Source: Alphaproteobacteria bacterium
Lineage (GTDB): Bacteria > Pseudomonadota > Alphaproteobacteria > SP197
DNA: 64,000 bases
Reading direction: 5' to 3'
Assembly: GCA_965116515.1 (NCBI GenBank)
Contig: OZ220705.1
Span: forward strand, 3,807,565-3,871,564
Position numbers and translations under genes: made by a program. Shown one piece after another: positions 26,411 to 37,661 of the stretch. Below the pieces are notes generated by a model. That model saw nothing but the letters and a program-made list of their open reading frames with translations, made no database searches and was not told the origin of the DNA. The stretch's first letter is position 1; the number at the start of each line of letters is the position of its first letter.

Positions 26411-27601
26411 ATGGGAATGACGGAATTCGACTTTGACCAGGTGATCGACAGGCGCGGTACGAGTGCCGCCAAGTGGGCACGGGAGGCGGCAGATGGCGGT
26501 CCTCCCCTGCTGGCGATGTCCATCGCCGACATGGAGATTCCGGCGCCGGATCCGGTCCTGAAGGCGATGGCGGAGCGTGTCGAACACGGCATTTTCGGCT
26601 ACACAATGGCCGGAGACGCCTACGTCGAAGCCGTTGCCGCCTGGCAGATGGAGCGTCATCACCATGCCATCAGCCCGGAGTGGGTGGTGACCCACCACGG
26701 CGTCCTCCCGTCGCTCTTCCAGTTGATTCGCGCCTTCCTGCCGCCGGATTCCGGCATCGTGGTGATGACGCCTGCGTTCCCGCCCTTTCTCGATGCCATC
26801 ACCCTCAACGGCCATCGTGTCATCTCCAGTCGACTGATGCGCCACGGGGACTCCTATGCCATCGACTTCGAGGCATTCGAGGGTGCCTGCCGCGATGCCG
26901 CCACACGGCTGTTCATCCTGTGCAATCCCCAAAACCCGACCGGGCGCAACTTCACGGTTGACGAGCTTCACCGCCTTGCGGACATCGCCGCGCGATACCG
27001 GGTGATGGTCTTCGCCGACGAGATTCACGGCGACCTCGTGTTGCCCCCGGGTCGTCTGGTGCCGTTCCTGTCGGTCTGCGACGGTCTTGACATCGAGGTG
27101 GTGGCGGCAAACGGCCTTTCCAAGACGATGAACCTGGCCGGCCTGGGCCTCAGCAATCTCGTCATTCCATCACGAGGGCTTCGCGAACGGTTCGAGGATG
27201 CCGTCGGCGGGAACGGAGAATGGGGTGTCAATCCGGTCTCCCGGGCAGCCGCTCTGGCCGGCTATGCCCACGGCGGCGCCTGGCTCGACGCGCTTCTCGA
27301 TCACATTGCCGGCAACATGGCGTTCGTCGACGACTGGTGCGCCCGGGAATTCGCCGGCTTGGTGGTCCCGGTGAAAGCCGAGGCCACCTACCTGAAGTGG
27401 CTCGACACGACCCGAACCGGCCTTGACGAGGAGGATCTCATGGACCGTCTGATCAACGGACAGGGATTGCTCGTTCAGGCGGGAAGTGACTTTGGCGCCA
27501 CGGCGCGGGGATTCGTGCGCCTCAATCTTGCCTGTCCCCGCACCATGGTGACGACGGCAATGAGCCGTATCACACGGGCCATCTGGCCGGTGACAGACTG
27601 A
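26411..27601 (+). CDS. PLP-dependent C-S lyase (MalY/PatB family cystathionine beta-lyase-like aminotransferase)
   Basis: 396-aa ORF MGMTEFDFDQVIDRRGTSAAKWA...VVMTPAFPPFLDAI...ANGLSKTMNLAGLGLS..., fold-type I aminotransferase motifs with the MalY-like N-terminus. Confidence 0.8.
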   Translation: MGMTEFDFDQVIDRRGTSAAKWAREAADGGPPLLAMSIADMEIPAPDPVLKAMAERVEHGIFGYTMAGDAYVEAVAAWQMERHHHAISPEWVVTHHGVLPSLFQLIRAFLPPDSGIVVMTPAFPPFLDAITLNGHRVISSRLMRHGDSYAIDFEAFEGACRDAATRLFILCNPQNPTGRNFTVDELHRLADIAARYRVMVFADEIHGDLVLPPGRLVPFLSVCDGLDIEVVAANGLSKTMNLAGLGLSNLVIPSRGLRERFEDAVGGNGEWGVNPVSRAAALAGYAHGGAWLDALLDHIAGNMAFVDDWCAREFAGLVVPVKAEATYLKWLDTTRTGLDEEDLMDRLINGQGLLVQAGSDFGATARGFVRLNLACPRTMVTTAMSRITRAIWPVTD

Positions 27602-27610
27602 GGCGACCGC

Positions 27611-29434
<1,824 letters not shown>

Positions 29435-29440
29435 GGCCTG

Positions 29441-30802
29441 TCAGCTCCCGCTGCCTGACTTGCTGCGGCGCCACCGGGACGCCACGCCGTCGCGAACCGT
29501 CTGCGGCGCCCGTTCGAGGGCCATCGCATCGTCGCCGACATCCCGTGTGATCGTGCTGCCTGCGCCGACGATCGTGCCGTCGCCGATGGTGAGCGGCGCC
29601 ACCAGGGAGGCGTTGGACCCGATGAACGCTCCCTTGCCGATCCGCGTCGGGTGTTTGGTCACCCCGTCATAGTTGCAGATCACGGCTCCGGCGCCGAGAT
29701 TCGTCCCGGCACCGACTTCGGCATCGCCGACATAGGCCAGGTGGTTCGCTTTCACGCCCGACTCCAGCGTCGAGGCCTTGATCTCGACGAAATTGCCGAT
29801 TCTCGTGTTGGTCCCGAGGCTGGTTCCGGGACGCAGCCGGGCGAAGGGACCGATCACCGCGCCATCGCCGACATGACAGTCCTCGAGATGGCTGAAGCTG
29901 CGGATGATGGCGCCGTTGCCGATCGTCACACCCGGCCGGATCACCACATCGGGCTCGATCAGGACATCATGTCCGATCACCGTATCCCAGGAGAGCCACA
30001 CCGTCTCCGGTGCTACCATCGAGCAGCCGGCAAGCATGGCGGCATGGCGCAGGCGACGCTGCATGACCGCCTCGAAACGTGCCAGGTCCGCACGATCGTC
30101 CGCGCCGACGGTATCGTCGGGATCCGTGGTCTCCAGAACAGCGGTCGCGAGGCCGCGTCGCCGGGCAACCGCGACAATGTCGGAGAGGTAGAATTCACCC
30201 TTGGTGTTGTCGTTGGAAATCTCGTCAAGGAGATCGAAGAGACGCCCTGCCTCGATGCTCATCATCCCCGAATTGCACAGCGTCGAGGCACGCTCGGCTT
30301 CGCTGGCATCATGAAATTCGACAATTCTCTCGAGGGAGCCGTCGGCATCCACCACGAGCCGGCCGTAGCGGTTGGCAGAGCTGACATGGACTCCCAGGAC
30401 CGAGGCCACGGCACCGCTCCCTCGTCGCACCTCCACGAGATCGTGAATGGCGCGAGCTTCCAGCGTCGGCGCATCGCCGAACAGCACCGCGACATCTCCG
30501 TCATCGGCCAGTCCTTCAAGGGCGCCACGCGCGGCCTTGACCGCATCGGCCGTACCGCGTGGCTCGCGCTGGATGACGACACTGGCGGGTCTGACGGCTT
30601 CGGCAGTCCTCTCGTCTCCGGGTCCGGTCACCACGATGACGCGTTCCGGCCCGATCGCCGCGGCCGCGGCAATCACGTGATTCACCATGGGCCTGCCGAC
30701 AACCGTGTGCATGGCCTTGGGCAGGTCCGATTTCATGCGCGTGCCCCGTCCTGCCGCGAGCACGACTACGGCAACATTCTTCAGGGCGAGAGCGGAATCC
30801 AT
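29441..30802 (-). CDS. glmU: Bifunctional UDP-GlcNAc pyrophosphorylase / GlcN-1-P N-acetyltransferase
   Basis: From ATG 30802: MDSALALKNVAVVVLAAGRGTRMKSDLPKAMHTV... followed by C-terminal left-handed beta-helix hexapeptide repeats (453 aa). The 46-aa upstream extension is rejected. Confidence 0.93.
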   Translation of the reverse strand: MDSALALKNVAVVVLAAGRGTRMKSDLPKAMHTVVGRPMVNHVIAAAAAIGPERVIVVTGPGDERTAEAVRPASVVIQREPRGTADAVKAARGALEGLADDGDVAVLFGDAPTLEARAIHDLVEVRRGSGAVASVLGVHVSSANRYGRLVVDADGSLERIVEFHDASEAERASTLCNSGMMSIEAGRLFDLLDEISNDNTKGEFYLSDIVAVARRRGLATAVLETTDPDDTVGADDRADLARFEAVMQRRLRHAAMLAGCSMVAPETVWLSWDTVIGHDVLIEPDVVIRPGVTIGNGAIIRSFSHLEDCHVGDGAVIGPFARLRPGTSLGTNTRIGNFVEIKASTLESGVKANHLAYVGDAEVGAGTNLGAGAVICNYDGVTKHPTRIGKGAFIGSNASLVAPLTIGDGTIVGAGSTITRDVGDDAMALERAPQTVRDGVASRWRRSKSGSGS

Positions 30803-30933
30803 GAATACCCCTTTCGGTAACCAGAGGTTGGTGCCACACTTGAAAAAGTGACCGAAGTCAAGAATTGCAACACTCAATGACACGATTGAGCCGTCATCGC
30901 GGATATCTTCCGCCGGCTGCCATGTGAGCGCAC

Positions 30934-31608
30934 GTGACAACCGTTCTCCAGCACAGGTTCCGCGCAGTCATCTTCGATCTCGACGGTACGCTGATCGACA
31001 GCGCGCCGGATATTGCCGATGCCATCAACATGGTGATGGCCGAGTTCGGACGCCAGGCACTGACCGAACGGACGGTGCGGGACATGGTGGGCAACGGCTG
31101 GGCGGGCCTTCTTGAACGCGTCATGATCCTGACCGGTGGCATGCCCGAAGGGGCGGCATCCGCCATCGAGGACAGGTTTCGCCAATTCTACCTGCCGCGC
31201 AGCACACGCCTCTCAAGCCTCTATCCAGGTGTTGCCGGAACCATTGACACGCTCCACCGGAACGGCACCGCGATCGGCGTGTGCACGAACAAGCGGCAGG
31301 CCGGCGCCGACCATGTCATTGCAACGTTCGGACTCGGACAGGCCATCGGCGCCGTGGTGGGCGGCGACACCGGCGTGATGAAACCCGATCCCGCCCATCT
31401 CGCCGTCGTTCTCGACCGTCTCGGTGTGGGCGCCACCGAAGCCGTCATGGTGGGAGACAGTCACGCCGACGTTGCCGCCGCCCACGGCGCCGGCATGCCG
31501 TGTGTCGTCGTCAGTTACGGCTATGCCGGTGGAGCACCAGCTTCACTGGGCGCCGACCGCATGATCGACTGCATGGAGGACCTCATCCCGGCACTTGCCA
31601 GTCTGTGA
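30934..31608 (+). CDS. gph: HAD-family phosphoglycolate phosphatase
   Basis: 224-aa ORF ...AVIFDLDGTLIDSAPDIADAINMVMAEF...GVCTNKRQ...MVGDSHADVAAAHGAGMP, HAD motifs I-IV. Confidence 0.8.
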   Translation: MTTVLQHRFRAVIFDLDGTLIDSAPDIADAINMVMAEFGRQALTERTVRDMVGNGWAGLLERVMILTGGMPEGAASAIEDRFRQFYLPRSTRLSSLYPGVAGTIDTLHRNGTAIGVCTNKRQAGADHVIATFGLGQAIGAVVGGDTGVMKPDPAHLAVVLDRLGVGATEAVMVGDSHADVAAAHGAGMPCVVVSYGYAGGAPASLGADRMIDCMEDLIPALASL

Positions 31609-31621
31609 ACGTCCTTCCAAT

Positions 31622-33181
31622 CTAGGTGACGGTATCGGGCAGTTCCGCCTTGCGCCGGCTTATGAAATCCAGCAGGGCTTCGTCACGGGCCTCGTCCAGC
31701 GGCGGCGGCTCGTATGCCTCCAGGCGCCGGCGGGCGATGGCCACCGCGCGCTCGTCGTGGGTGAGTTCGCCCTCGGCCTGCCACTGCTCGAAACTGTTGT
31801 TGTCGGCAATCTCGGGGATGAAGAACCCATCGAGGTAGTTGCGCCTGGTATGGGCACAACCGAGGAAGTGGTTGCCCGGACCGACTTCGCGTATCGCCTC
31901 GAGACCGAGTCCGTTCTCCGAAAGGTCGAGGCGGCGGCAGAAACTCTGCAGCATCGCCACCTGTTCGGTGTCCATGATGAACTTGCCATAGCCGGCAGTC
32001 AGCCCCGCCTCCAGCCAGCCGGCGGCATGCAGCACGAAGTTGGTCCCCGCCAGCAGTGTTGCCGTCATGGTCTGCATCGATTCGTAGGCCGCCTGGGCAT
32101 CGGCGATCTTGGCGCCATTGAGCATGCCTCCGGACCGCAGTGGAACCCGGTAGCGGCGGGCGAGCTGTCCCACCGCGTAGATCATCTGCAGGGTCTCCGG
32201 CGTTCCCATCATCGGCGCTCCCGATCGCATCGAGACGGTGGCAAGGAAACTGCCGTAGACCATGGGCACCCCGGGACGGACGATCTGGGCATAGGCGAGG
32301 CCCGACACCACCTCGGCATTGAGCTGGGCGATGGCACCCGCGGTCACCACCGGGGCCATGGCCCCTGCCATGATGAAAGGGGTCACGAGAACAGCCTGGT
32401 TGTGCTCGGCATAGTGGCGCAGTGCGCCAAGCATGGAGCCGTCCCAGACAAGGGGCGAATTGCAGTTGACCACCGAGGTCATCACCGTGTTCTCGCGAAC
32501 TGTGTCGGCGCCGAAGAGAATCTCGCACAAGCGGCACGAATCGAGAGCGCGTTCGGGTGCTGACTGCACTCCCATGAACGGCTTGTCGGAGTACTTCATG
32601 TGGGAATAGACGATATCGAGATGGCGCCTGGGCACCGGCACGTCCACCGGTTCGCAGATGATCCCCCCGGAGTGGTGCAGGACCGGCGACATGTAGGCGA
32701 GCTTGATGAAGTTCTGCAGGTCCTCGAGTCTCGCGTAGCGCCGCTGGTTGGCAAGATCACGCACGAAGGGCGAGCCGAAGGTGGGAGCAAACACCGTGTT
32801 GTCGCCGCCCACCACCACGTTGCGCTCGGGGTTGCGCGCCATCTGGACATAGCTTTCCGGCACCTTAGCCAGGAGGTCCTCGATCAGGGCCCGCGGAATC
32901 CTTACCCGCTGACCTGTCACGTCGGCACCCGCCTCGGTCCACTGGCGGCAGGCGTCATCGTCGCGGAAATCGATGCCGGTTTCCTCGAGGATCTGCATGG
33001 AGGTGTCGTGAAGCAGGTCGACTCCCGCCTCGTCGAGGAGCTCGTAGACCGGTATCTCGCGCGTGATGTAGCGCTTCTGGACGATGGGCGCACCGATGCG
33101 CTCGCGATGGCGTCTGGCCCGCCCCCCTCGCCGTCCACGCGTTCCAGCCATGTCTGATCCCCCCGTTGAGAGGCGGGCCAT
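31622..33181 (-). CDS. MttB-family (trimethylamine methyltransferase-like) protein, non-pyrrolysine
   Basis: 519-aa continuous ORF with no in-frame amber codon, consistent with non-Pyl MttB-superfamily quaternary-amine:corrinoid methyltransferases. The N-terminal GGRARR motif suggests the start may be the ATG at 33151. Confidence 0.75.
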   Translation of the reverse strand: MARLSTGGSDMAGTRGRRGGRARRHRERIGAPIVQKRYITREIPVYELLDEAGVDLLHDTSMQILEETGIDFRDDDACRQWTEAGADVTGQRVRIPRALIEDLLAKVPESYVQMARNPERNVVVGGDNTVFAPTFGSPFVRDLANQRRYARLEDLQNFIKLAYMSPVLHHSGGIICEPVDVPVPRRHLDIVYSHMKYSDKPFMGVQSAPERALDSCRLCEILFGADTVRENTVMTSVVNCNSPLVWDGSMLGALRHYAEHNQAVLVTPFIMAGAMAPVVTAGAIAQLNAEVVSGLAYAQIVRPGVPMVYGSFLATVSMRSGAPMMGTPETLQMIYAVGQLARRYRVPLRSGGMLNGAKIADAQAAYESMQTMTATLLAGTNFVLHAAGWLEAGLTAGYGKFIMDTEQVAMLQSFCRRLDLSENGLGLEAIREVGPGNHFLGCAHTRRNYLDGFFIPEIADNNSFEQWQAEGELTHDERAVAIARRRLEAYEPPPLDEARDEALLDFISRRKAELPDTVT

Positions 33182-33300
33182 GTGAAATCAAGGGGAGAGG
33201 CAAGTCAATCGGGCAAAGCCGATTGACACGCCCGCCACGCCTTATCTAATGTGCGCCCGCATTTTCCGGCGGCCCTTGACTGCCTGGCTGGCGAGACGAC

Positions 33301-33630
33301 ATGGCGGATGATCCATCCGATCTTGAGACACGAATCGCCGCAGCCCTAAAGAAGGGCAAGGGTGGGAGGTCGACGGGAAAGGTACAGGCATCCGGTTACG
33401 GCATGGCCGTCCGCATGACGGTCGAAATGGTTGCTGCCCTGGCCGTTTCCGTCTTTCTGGGACTCTGGTTGGACGGGGAACTGGATACCGCGCCGCTGTT
33501 CCTGGTGATCTTTCTGGTCCTGGGCATGGCGGCCGGTGTCATCAATGTGGTGAGGGCCGCAAGGGTGATGACTCGCGGATCGCGGTGCGGTCCTGCGAAC
33601 AGTGAAGGGGATCGAAAGCGTGGCGACTGA
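33301..33630 (+). CDS. atpI: ATP synthase protein I (AtpI-like)
   Basis: 109-aa small membrane protein immediately upstream of atpB, with hydrophobic helices VAALAVSVFLGLWL / LFLVIFLVLGMAAGVINVV. Confidence 0.65.
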   Translation: MADDPSDLETRIAAALKKGKGGRSTGKVQASGYGMAVRMTVEMVAALAVSVFLGLWLDGELDTAPLFLVIFLVLGMAAGVINVVRAARVMTRGSRCGPANSEGDRKRGD

Positions 33631-34369
33631 CTCCGGACACAATCCGCTTGAGCAGTTTGCGGTGTCGTCAGCCGTCGAGTTCGGCATCGGCGACCTTGAC
33701 CTTGCGATCACCAACTCGGCAATCTGGATGATGGCGGCAACCGCGCTTGTCATCATCTTCACCACCGTGTTCATCGGACGGCGCAGCATGGTCCCGGGAC
33801 GCATGCAGTCCCTGGTGGAGATCTCCTACGAGTTCATCGCCAACATGCTGGAGGAAAACGTCGGGGATCAGGGCCGGCCGTTCTTTCCCTTCGTCTTCAC
33901 CCTCTTCATGTTCATTCTCTTCTGCAACATGCTGGGCATGCTGCCGTACAGCTTCACGGTGACAAGCCAGATCGTTGTCACCTTCGGTCTCGCCCTTGTG
34001 GTCTTCATCGGGGTCACGATCGTCGGTTTCGTGAAACATGGACTGGGCTTCTTCAAGTTCTTCCTCCCCCAGGGTGTTCCGGGCTTTCTTGCTCCCCTCG
34101 TGATCCCCATCGAGATCCTGTCCTACCTCATTCGCCCGGTGAGCCTGGGCCTGCGCCTCTTTGCCAACCTGACGGCGGGCCACACCATGCTGAAGGTGTT
34201 CGCCGGCTTCGTGGCGCCGCTGGGCGCCCTGTGGATCCTCCCTGGCGCCGTCCCCATGGCGGCGGTGATCGGATTGACCCTTCTCGAATTCGCCATCGCG
34301 TTCCTGCAGGCCTATGTGTTTGCCGTGCTGAGCTGTATCTACCTGCACGACGCGATTCACATGCACTGA
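33602..34369 (+). CDS. atpB: F0F1 ATP synthase subunit a
   Basis: 255-aa ORF ...LGLRLFANLTAGH...LEFAIAFLQAYVFAVLSCIYL..., the conserved subunit-a R-containing helix. Start uncertain (overlaps atpI by 29 nt). Confidence 0.9.
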   Translation: MKGIESVATDSGHNPLEQFAVSSAVEFGIGDLDLAITNSAIWMMAATALVIIFTTVFIGRRSMVPGRMQSLVEISYEFIANMLEENVGDQGRPFFPFVFTLFMFILFCNMLGMLPYSFTVTSQIVVTFGLALVVFIGVTIVGFVKHGLGFFKFFLPQGVPGFLAPLVIPIEILSYLIRPVSLGLRLFANLTAGHTMLKVFAGFVAPLGALWILPGAVPMAAVIGLTLLEFAIAFLQAYVFAVLSCIYLHDAIHMH

Positions 34370-34420
34370 CGGATTTCCTCCCGTCCAGGCAAATCCTCCT
34401 CGAACTGGAAAGGATCTTTC

Positions 34421-34651
34421 ATGATGGATGCAGAAGCTGCAAAGCTCATTGGCGCCGGCCTTGCGGTGATCGGACTGGGTGGCGTTGGTGCCGGCATCGG
34501 CCACATCTTCGCCTCGATGATCTCCGCGGTCGGACGCAATCCGGCGGCAGCCGGCAATGTCCAGGGTTTCATGTGGATCGGTTTCGCCCTCGTCGAGGCC
34601 GTGGCGCTCTACGCCCTGCTCATCGCCCTTCTTCTCCTCTTCGTCTTCTGA
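34421..34651 (+). CDS. atpE: F0F1 ATP synthase subunit c
   Basis: 76-aa ORF MMDAEAAKLIGAGLAVIGLGGVGAGIGHIFASMISAVGRNPAAAGNVQGFMWIGFALVEAVALYALLIALLLLFVF. Confidence 0.95.
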   Translation: MMDAEAAKLIGAGLAVIGLGGVGAGIGHIFASMISAVGRNPAAAGNVQGFMWIGFALVEAVALYALLIALLLLFVF

Positions 34652-34686
34652 TCGCCCGCGGCGTCTGACCCGGAGGACCACGATCC

Positions 34687-35172
34687 ATGCCACAGCTGGA
34701 ATTCTGGCACTTCCTGCCGCAGTTCTTCTGGCTCGCGGTCTGCTTCGTGTTCCTCTACGTCATCATGGCGTTTGTCGCGTTGCCGCGGATCGGCCGTGTC
34801 CTGACCGATCGCCAGCACAGGATCGAACAGGACCTTGACGGCGCCGAGAAGGCGAGGGCCGACGCCGAACGGGCGCGTCTCGAGTACGAAGGGTCTCTCG
34901 AGGAGGCCCGCGGCAGGGCACGGTCTGTCATCGGCGAGGCCGTCCAGCAGGCTGCCGAGGACGGGGAACGGGGACTCGAGGCGCTCGATCGCGAGACCGC
35001 GAGCGAACTCGAGGATGCACAACGCTCCATCGACGAGGCCCGGGCCGCAGCCCTTGCCAACCTCGAGGGAGTCGCGGTGGAAGCGGCGCGCCTGGCAACC
35101 AGGCGGCTGACCGGCGCCGATGTCAGTGACGAGGACGCGCTCAAGGCGCTGGCGGCGGTGCGGGGGAACTGA
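34687..35172 (+). CDS. atpF2: F0F1 ATP synthase subunit b'
   Basis: 161-aa ORF MPQLEFWHFLPQFFWLAVCFVFLYVIMAFVALPRIGRVLTDRQHRIEQDL..., N-terminal TM plus coiled coil. First of two b-type subunits, as in alphaproteobacteria. Confidence 0.85.
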   Translation: MPQLEFWHFLPQFFWLAVCFVFLYVIMAFVALPRIGRVLTDRQHRIEQDLDGAEKARADAERARLEYEGSLEEARGRARSVIGEAVQQAAEDGERGLEALDRETASELEDAQRSIDEARAAALANLEGVAVEAARLATRRLTGADVSDEDALKALAAVRGN

Positions 35173-35174
35173 TC

Positions 35175-35666
35175 ATGATGCAGCTTTTCGAGGATCCTGC
35201 GTTCTGGGTGGCCGTCGCCTTCGTGATCGCCGTTGCCATTGCTGCCAAACCGCTCTCCTCCATGATCATAACCGCACTCGACAGGCGCAGCGGCGAGATC
35301 GCAAGGAAACTCGATGAGGCGAACGCGCTGAACGAGGAGGCAAAGGAACTGCTCTCCTCCTACCGGCGCAAGCACCGGGAGGCCGAAGCCGAGATTGACG
35401 ACATCATGGCGCGGGCGCGCGAGGAAGCGGAATCCCTGAAACGCAACGCGTCGCGCGAACTCCAGGCGAAACTGGCCCAGCGGCGCCAGGCGGCACATGA
35501 GAGAATCCGCCAGGCCGAGGCAGATGCCGTCAAGCAGGTCCGCGAAGCCGCGGTCGACCTTGCCCTTGGCGCCACGGCGAGACTCATTCGGACACGGCTT
35601 GACGACAGCGAACAGGCACGTCTCGTAGGCGAGGCCATCGACGAACTCGACCAGCGCCTCGCCTGA
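35175..35666 (+). CDS. atpF: F0F1 ATP synthase subunit b
   Basis: 163-aa ORF MMQLFEDPAFWVAVAFVIAVAIAAKPLSSMIITALDRRSGEIARKLDEANALNEEA..., TM plus charged coiled coil. Confidence 0.85.
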   Translation: MMQLFEDPAFWVAVAFVIAVAIAAKPLSSMIITALDRRSGEIARKLDEANALNEEAKELLSSYRRKHREAEAEIDDIMARAREEAESLKRNASRELQAKLAQRRQAAHERIRQAEADAVKQVREAAVDLALGATARLIRTRLDDSEQARLVGEAIDELDQRLA

Positions 35667-36159
35667 CCACGCGGTCCCCGGAAAGGCACGCAATGCCTGA
35701 CCGGGCATTATTCCTGTCTTCACGAAGCGCGCCGGACAGACGCGCGACGTCTGAACGGGCCCCCTTCCCCCAAGCCGCTGTCAGACTTCGAAGGAACTGC
35801 AGCGGGGGTACGGGAGACCCGCGCCCTGATGCTGGAGAGGAAACCGGTTCGCGGGCGGGGGACATGCACGAGCGGATCACCGTGAGGTTCGCCGCCTGGG
35901 CCACGTCCATGGCCGCAGCCGTGCGCGAACGGCCGTTGTTCCCGGAGAGGAGCGCGCCCCATCGCCGACGGGACCGAGGCCGAGGCACCGGCGAACGCGG
36001 CGAAGGTCCGGGATTGGCAAGAGGACACGGACGGGCGCCGGAACCGGCTCCTGTGAGGGAGGCGCCGGGAGCCGGATTCTGCGGCCGGTCCACGATCACG
36101 GAGTTCTTTTCCACACAACCGAACTTCTTCAAATGCCTTCCCTGCGCCTTTAGGCTGCT

Positions 36160-37164
36160 GTGGATCGCACCCGGGAGGGCAATGTCGTGACACTGGACGA
36201 AATGATTGCTTCAGGCGCCACCATCGTGCTTGACGGCGCGACAGGCACGGAGGTCGCACGACTGGGCGGCCGGATGAACAGCGTGGCATGGTGCGCGGAA
36301 GCGAACAGGACGCACCCCGACATCGTGCGCACGGTCCACGAGGAGTACATCCGCGCCGGAGCCGACGTGATCACCGCCAACACGTTCGCGACGTGCCGTC
36401 ATGTCCTCGCGGGAGCAGGTCTGGACCAGGAGACCACAGCGATCAACCGGCGCGCGATCGAACTGGCGCGCGAGGCACGCGCCAACGCGGCGCCCGGACG
36501 ACCGGTCTGGGTGGCGGGCTCCATGTCAACCATGGTCGCCTGGATCGAGGGCACGGTGAGCCCCGACCCCCGCTTCGTGCCTGGTCGTGACCAGGAGGCC
36601 GCCAACTACCGCGAGGTGGCCGACATCTTTGCCGAATCGGGTGCCGATCTTCTGCTCTTGGAGATGATGTTGGACATCGATCGCGCCAGCCTGTGTCTCG
36701 AGGCAGCACTGGCGACAGGCTTGCCGGTGTGGGTTGGCGTCAGCGGCAGCCTCTTGCCGGATGGCTCCATGATTGGCTGGGACATCTCTCGCGAGGAGCA
36801 AGGCCAGTTGGCGGACGATCACAGGTCCAAGGCCCCGACGCCGCTGTCCGAGATTATCGCCGCACTCACGGCGATGGGTGGCAATGTCTATGGAATCATG
36901 CACAGTTCGATCGAAGCTACGGGACCTGGCCTCGAGGTTCTGCGCGAACTCTGGGACGGCCCGTTCATGGCCTATCCCGAAACGCTGCTCTTCGATCCGA
37001 CAATCAACGGAAGCACCGAGACGGCGAGCACCGTGGAATTCGCAACTGCCTGCCGGGGCTGGGTTGACTCGGGAGTCCAGATCATCGGCGGCTGTTGCGG
37101 CACGACCATTGAGCACATCCGCGCCATGGTCGCCGCCCTGGAAGTGACCGGGAAAGCCGCCTGA
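36160..37164 (+). CDS. Homocysteine S-methyltransferase family protein (Hcy-binding domain; MmuM/BHMT-like)
   Basis: ORF ...TIVLDGATGTEVARLG...ADVITANTF...IIGGCCGTTIEHIRAMVAAL, the Hcy-binding-domain signature including the zinc-binding GGCCG motif. The better start is probably the GTG at 36187, preceded by GGGAGGG. Confidence 0.8.
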   Translation: MDRTREGNVVTLDEMIASGATIVLDGATGTEVARLGGRMNSVAWCAEANRTHPDIVRTVHEEYIRAGADVITANTFATCRHVLAGAGLDQETTAINRRAIELAREARANAAPGRPVWVAGSMSTMVAWIEGTVSPDPRFVPGRDQEAANYREVADIFAESGADLLLLEMMLDIDRASLCLEAALATGLPVWVGVSGSLLPDGSMIGWDISREEQGQLADDHRSKAPTPLSEIIAALTAMGGNVYGIMHSSIEATGPGLEVLRELWDGPFMAYPETLLFDPTINGSTETASTVEFATACRGWVDSGVQIIGGCCGTTIEHIRAMVAALEVTGKAA

Positions 37165-37661
37165 AGGACAAGGCACGTTCGAACGCCAACCGATAGCGGG
37201 TCCGTCCCAGCCGGCGCGTATCGCCGGCGACCGCTCCCTCCATCCGCCGCTGCGGGGATTCGGCGGCCGGAGGGCCGTCATTGCGTGCGCCTCCGCCCTG
37301 ACCGTCGTCGCAATGCCGGGCGCGCGCCGCCCGGCGCACATCTCCATCCAGTCCTGCGCGCACGAACCGGCCGGCCGTCAACATCCGTTTCGCACGACGA
37401 AGCCGAATTGGGCCGCCACCAGCTCTGCCGACAGCCCGAGACCGGTGTTGCCGTACAGAAGCCGAACCCGGAGGCCCGGAAACAGCGTGAGCGAGAACAC
37501 ATGGCAGAGCGGCACAATCACGCACGCTTGGCTGATTGCCTTGACCACGACGCGGCCTTGACGCCTCCGAATCGGCTGCTGCCGTCCGGTTCACTGCACG
37601 CGAAACACGAGCCGATCCGGGACGCGGAACATCAAAGCCTGATCCCGATCACCGCTCCAGG

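Noticed and set aside
35693-36289. ORFs 35693-36190 (+) and 35720-36289 (-) between atpF and the Hcy methyltransferase gene
   Set aside because: Arg/Pro/Gly/Ser-rich low-complexity translations with no motifs, mutually overlapping on opposite strands; treated as non-coding leader.
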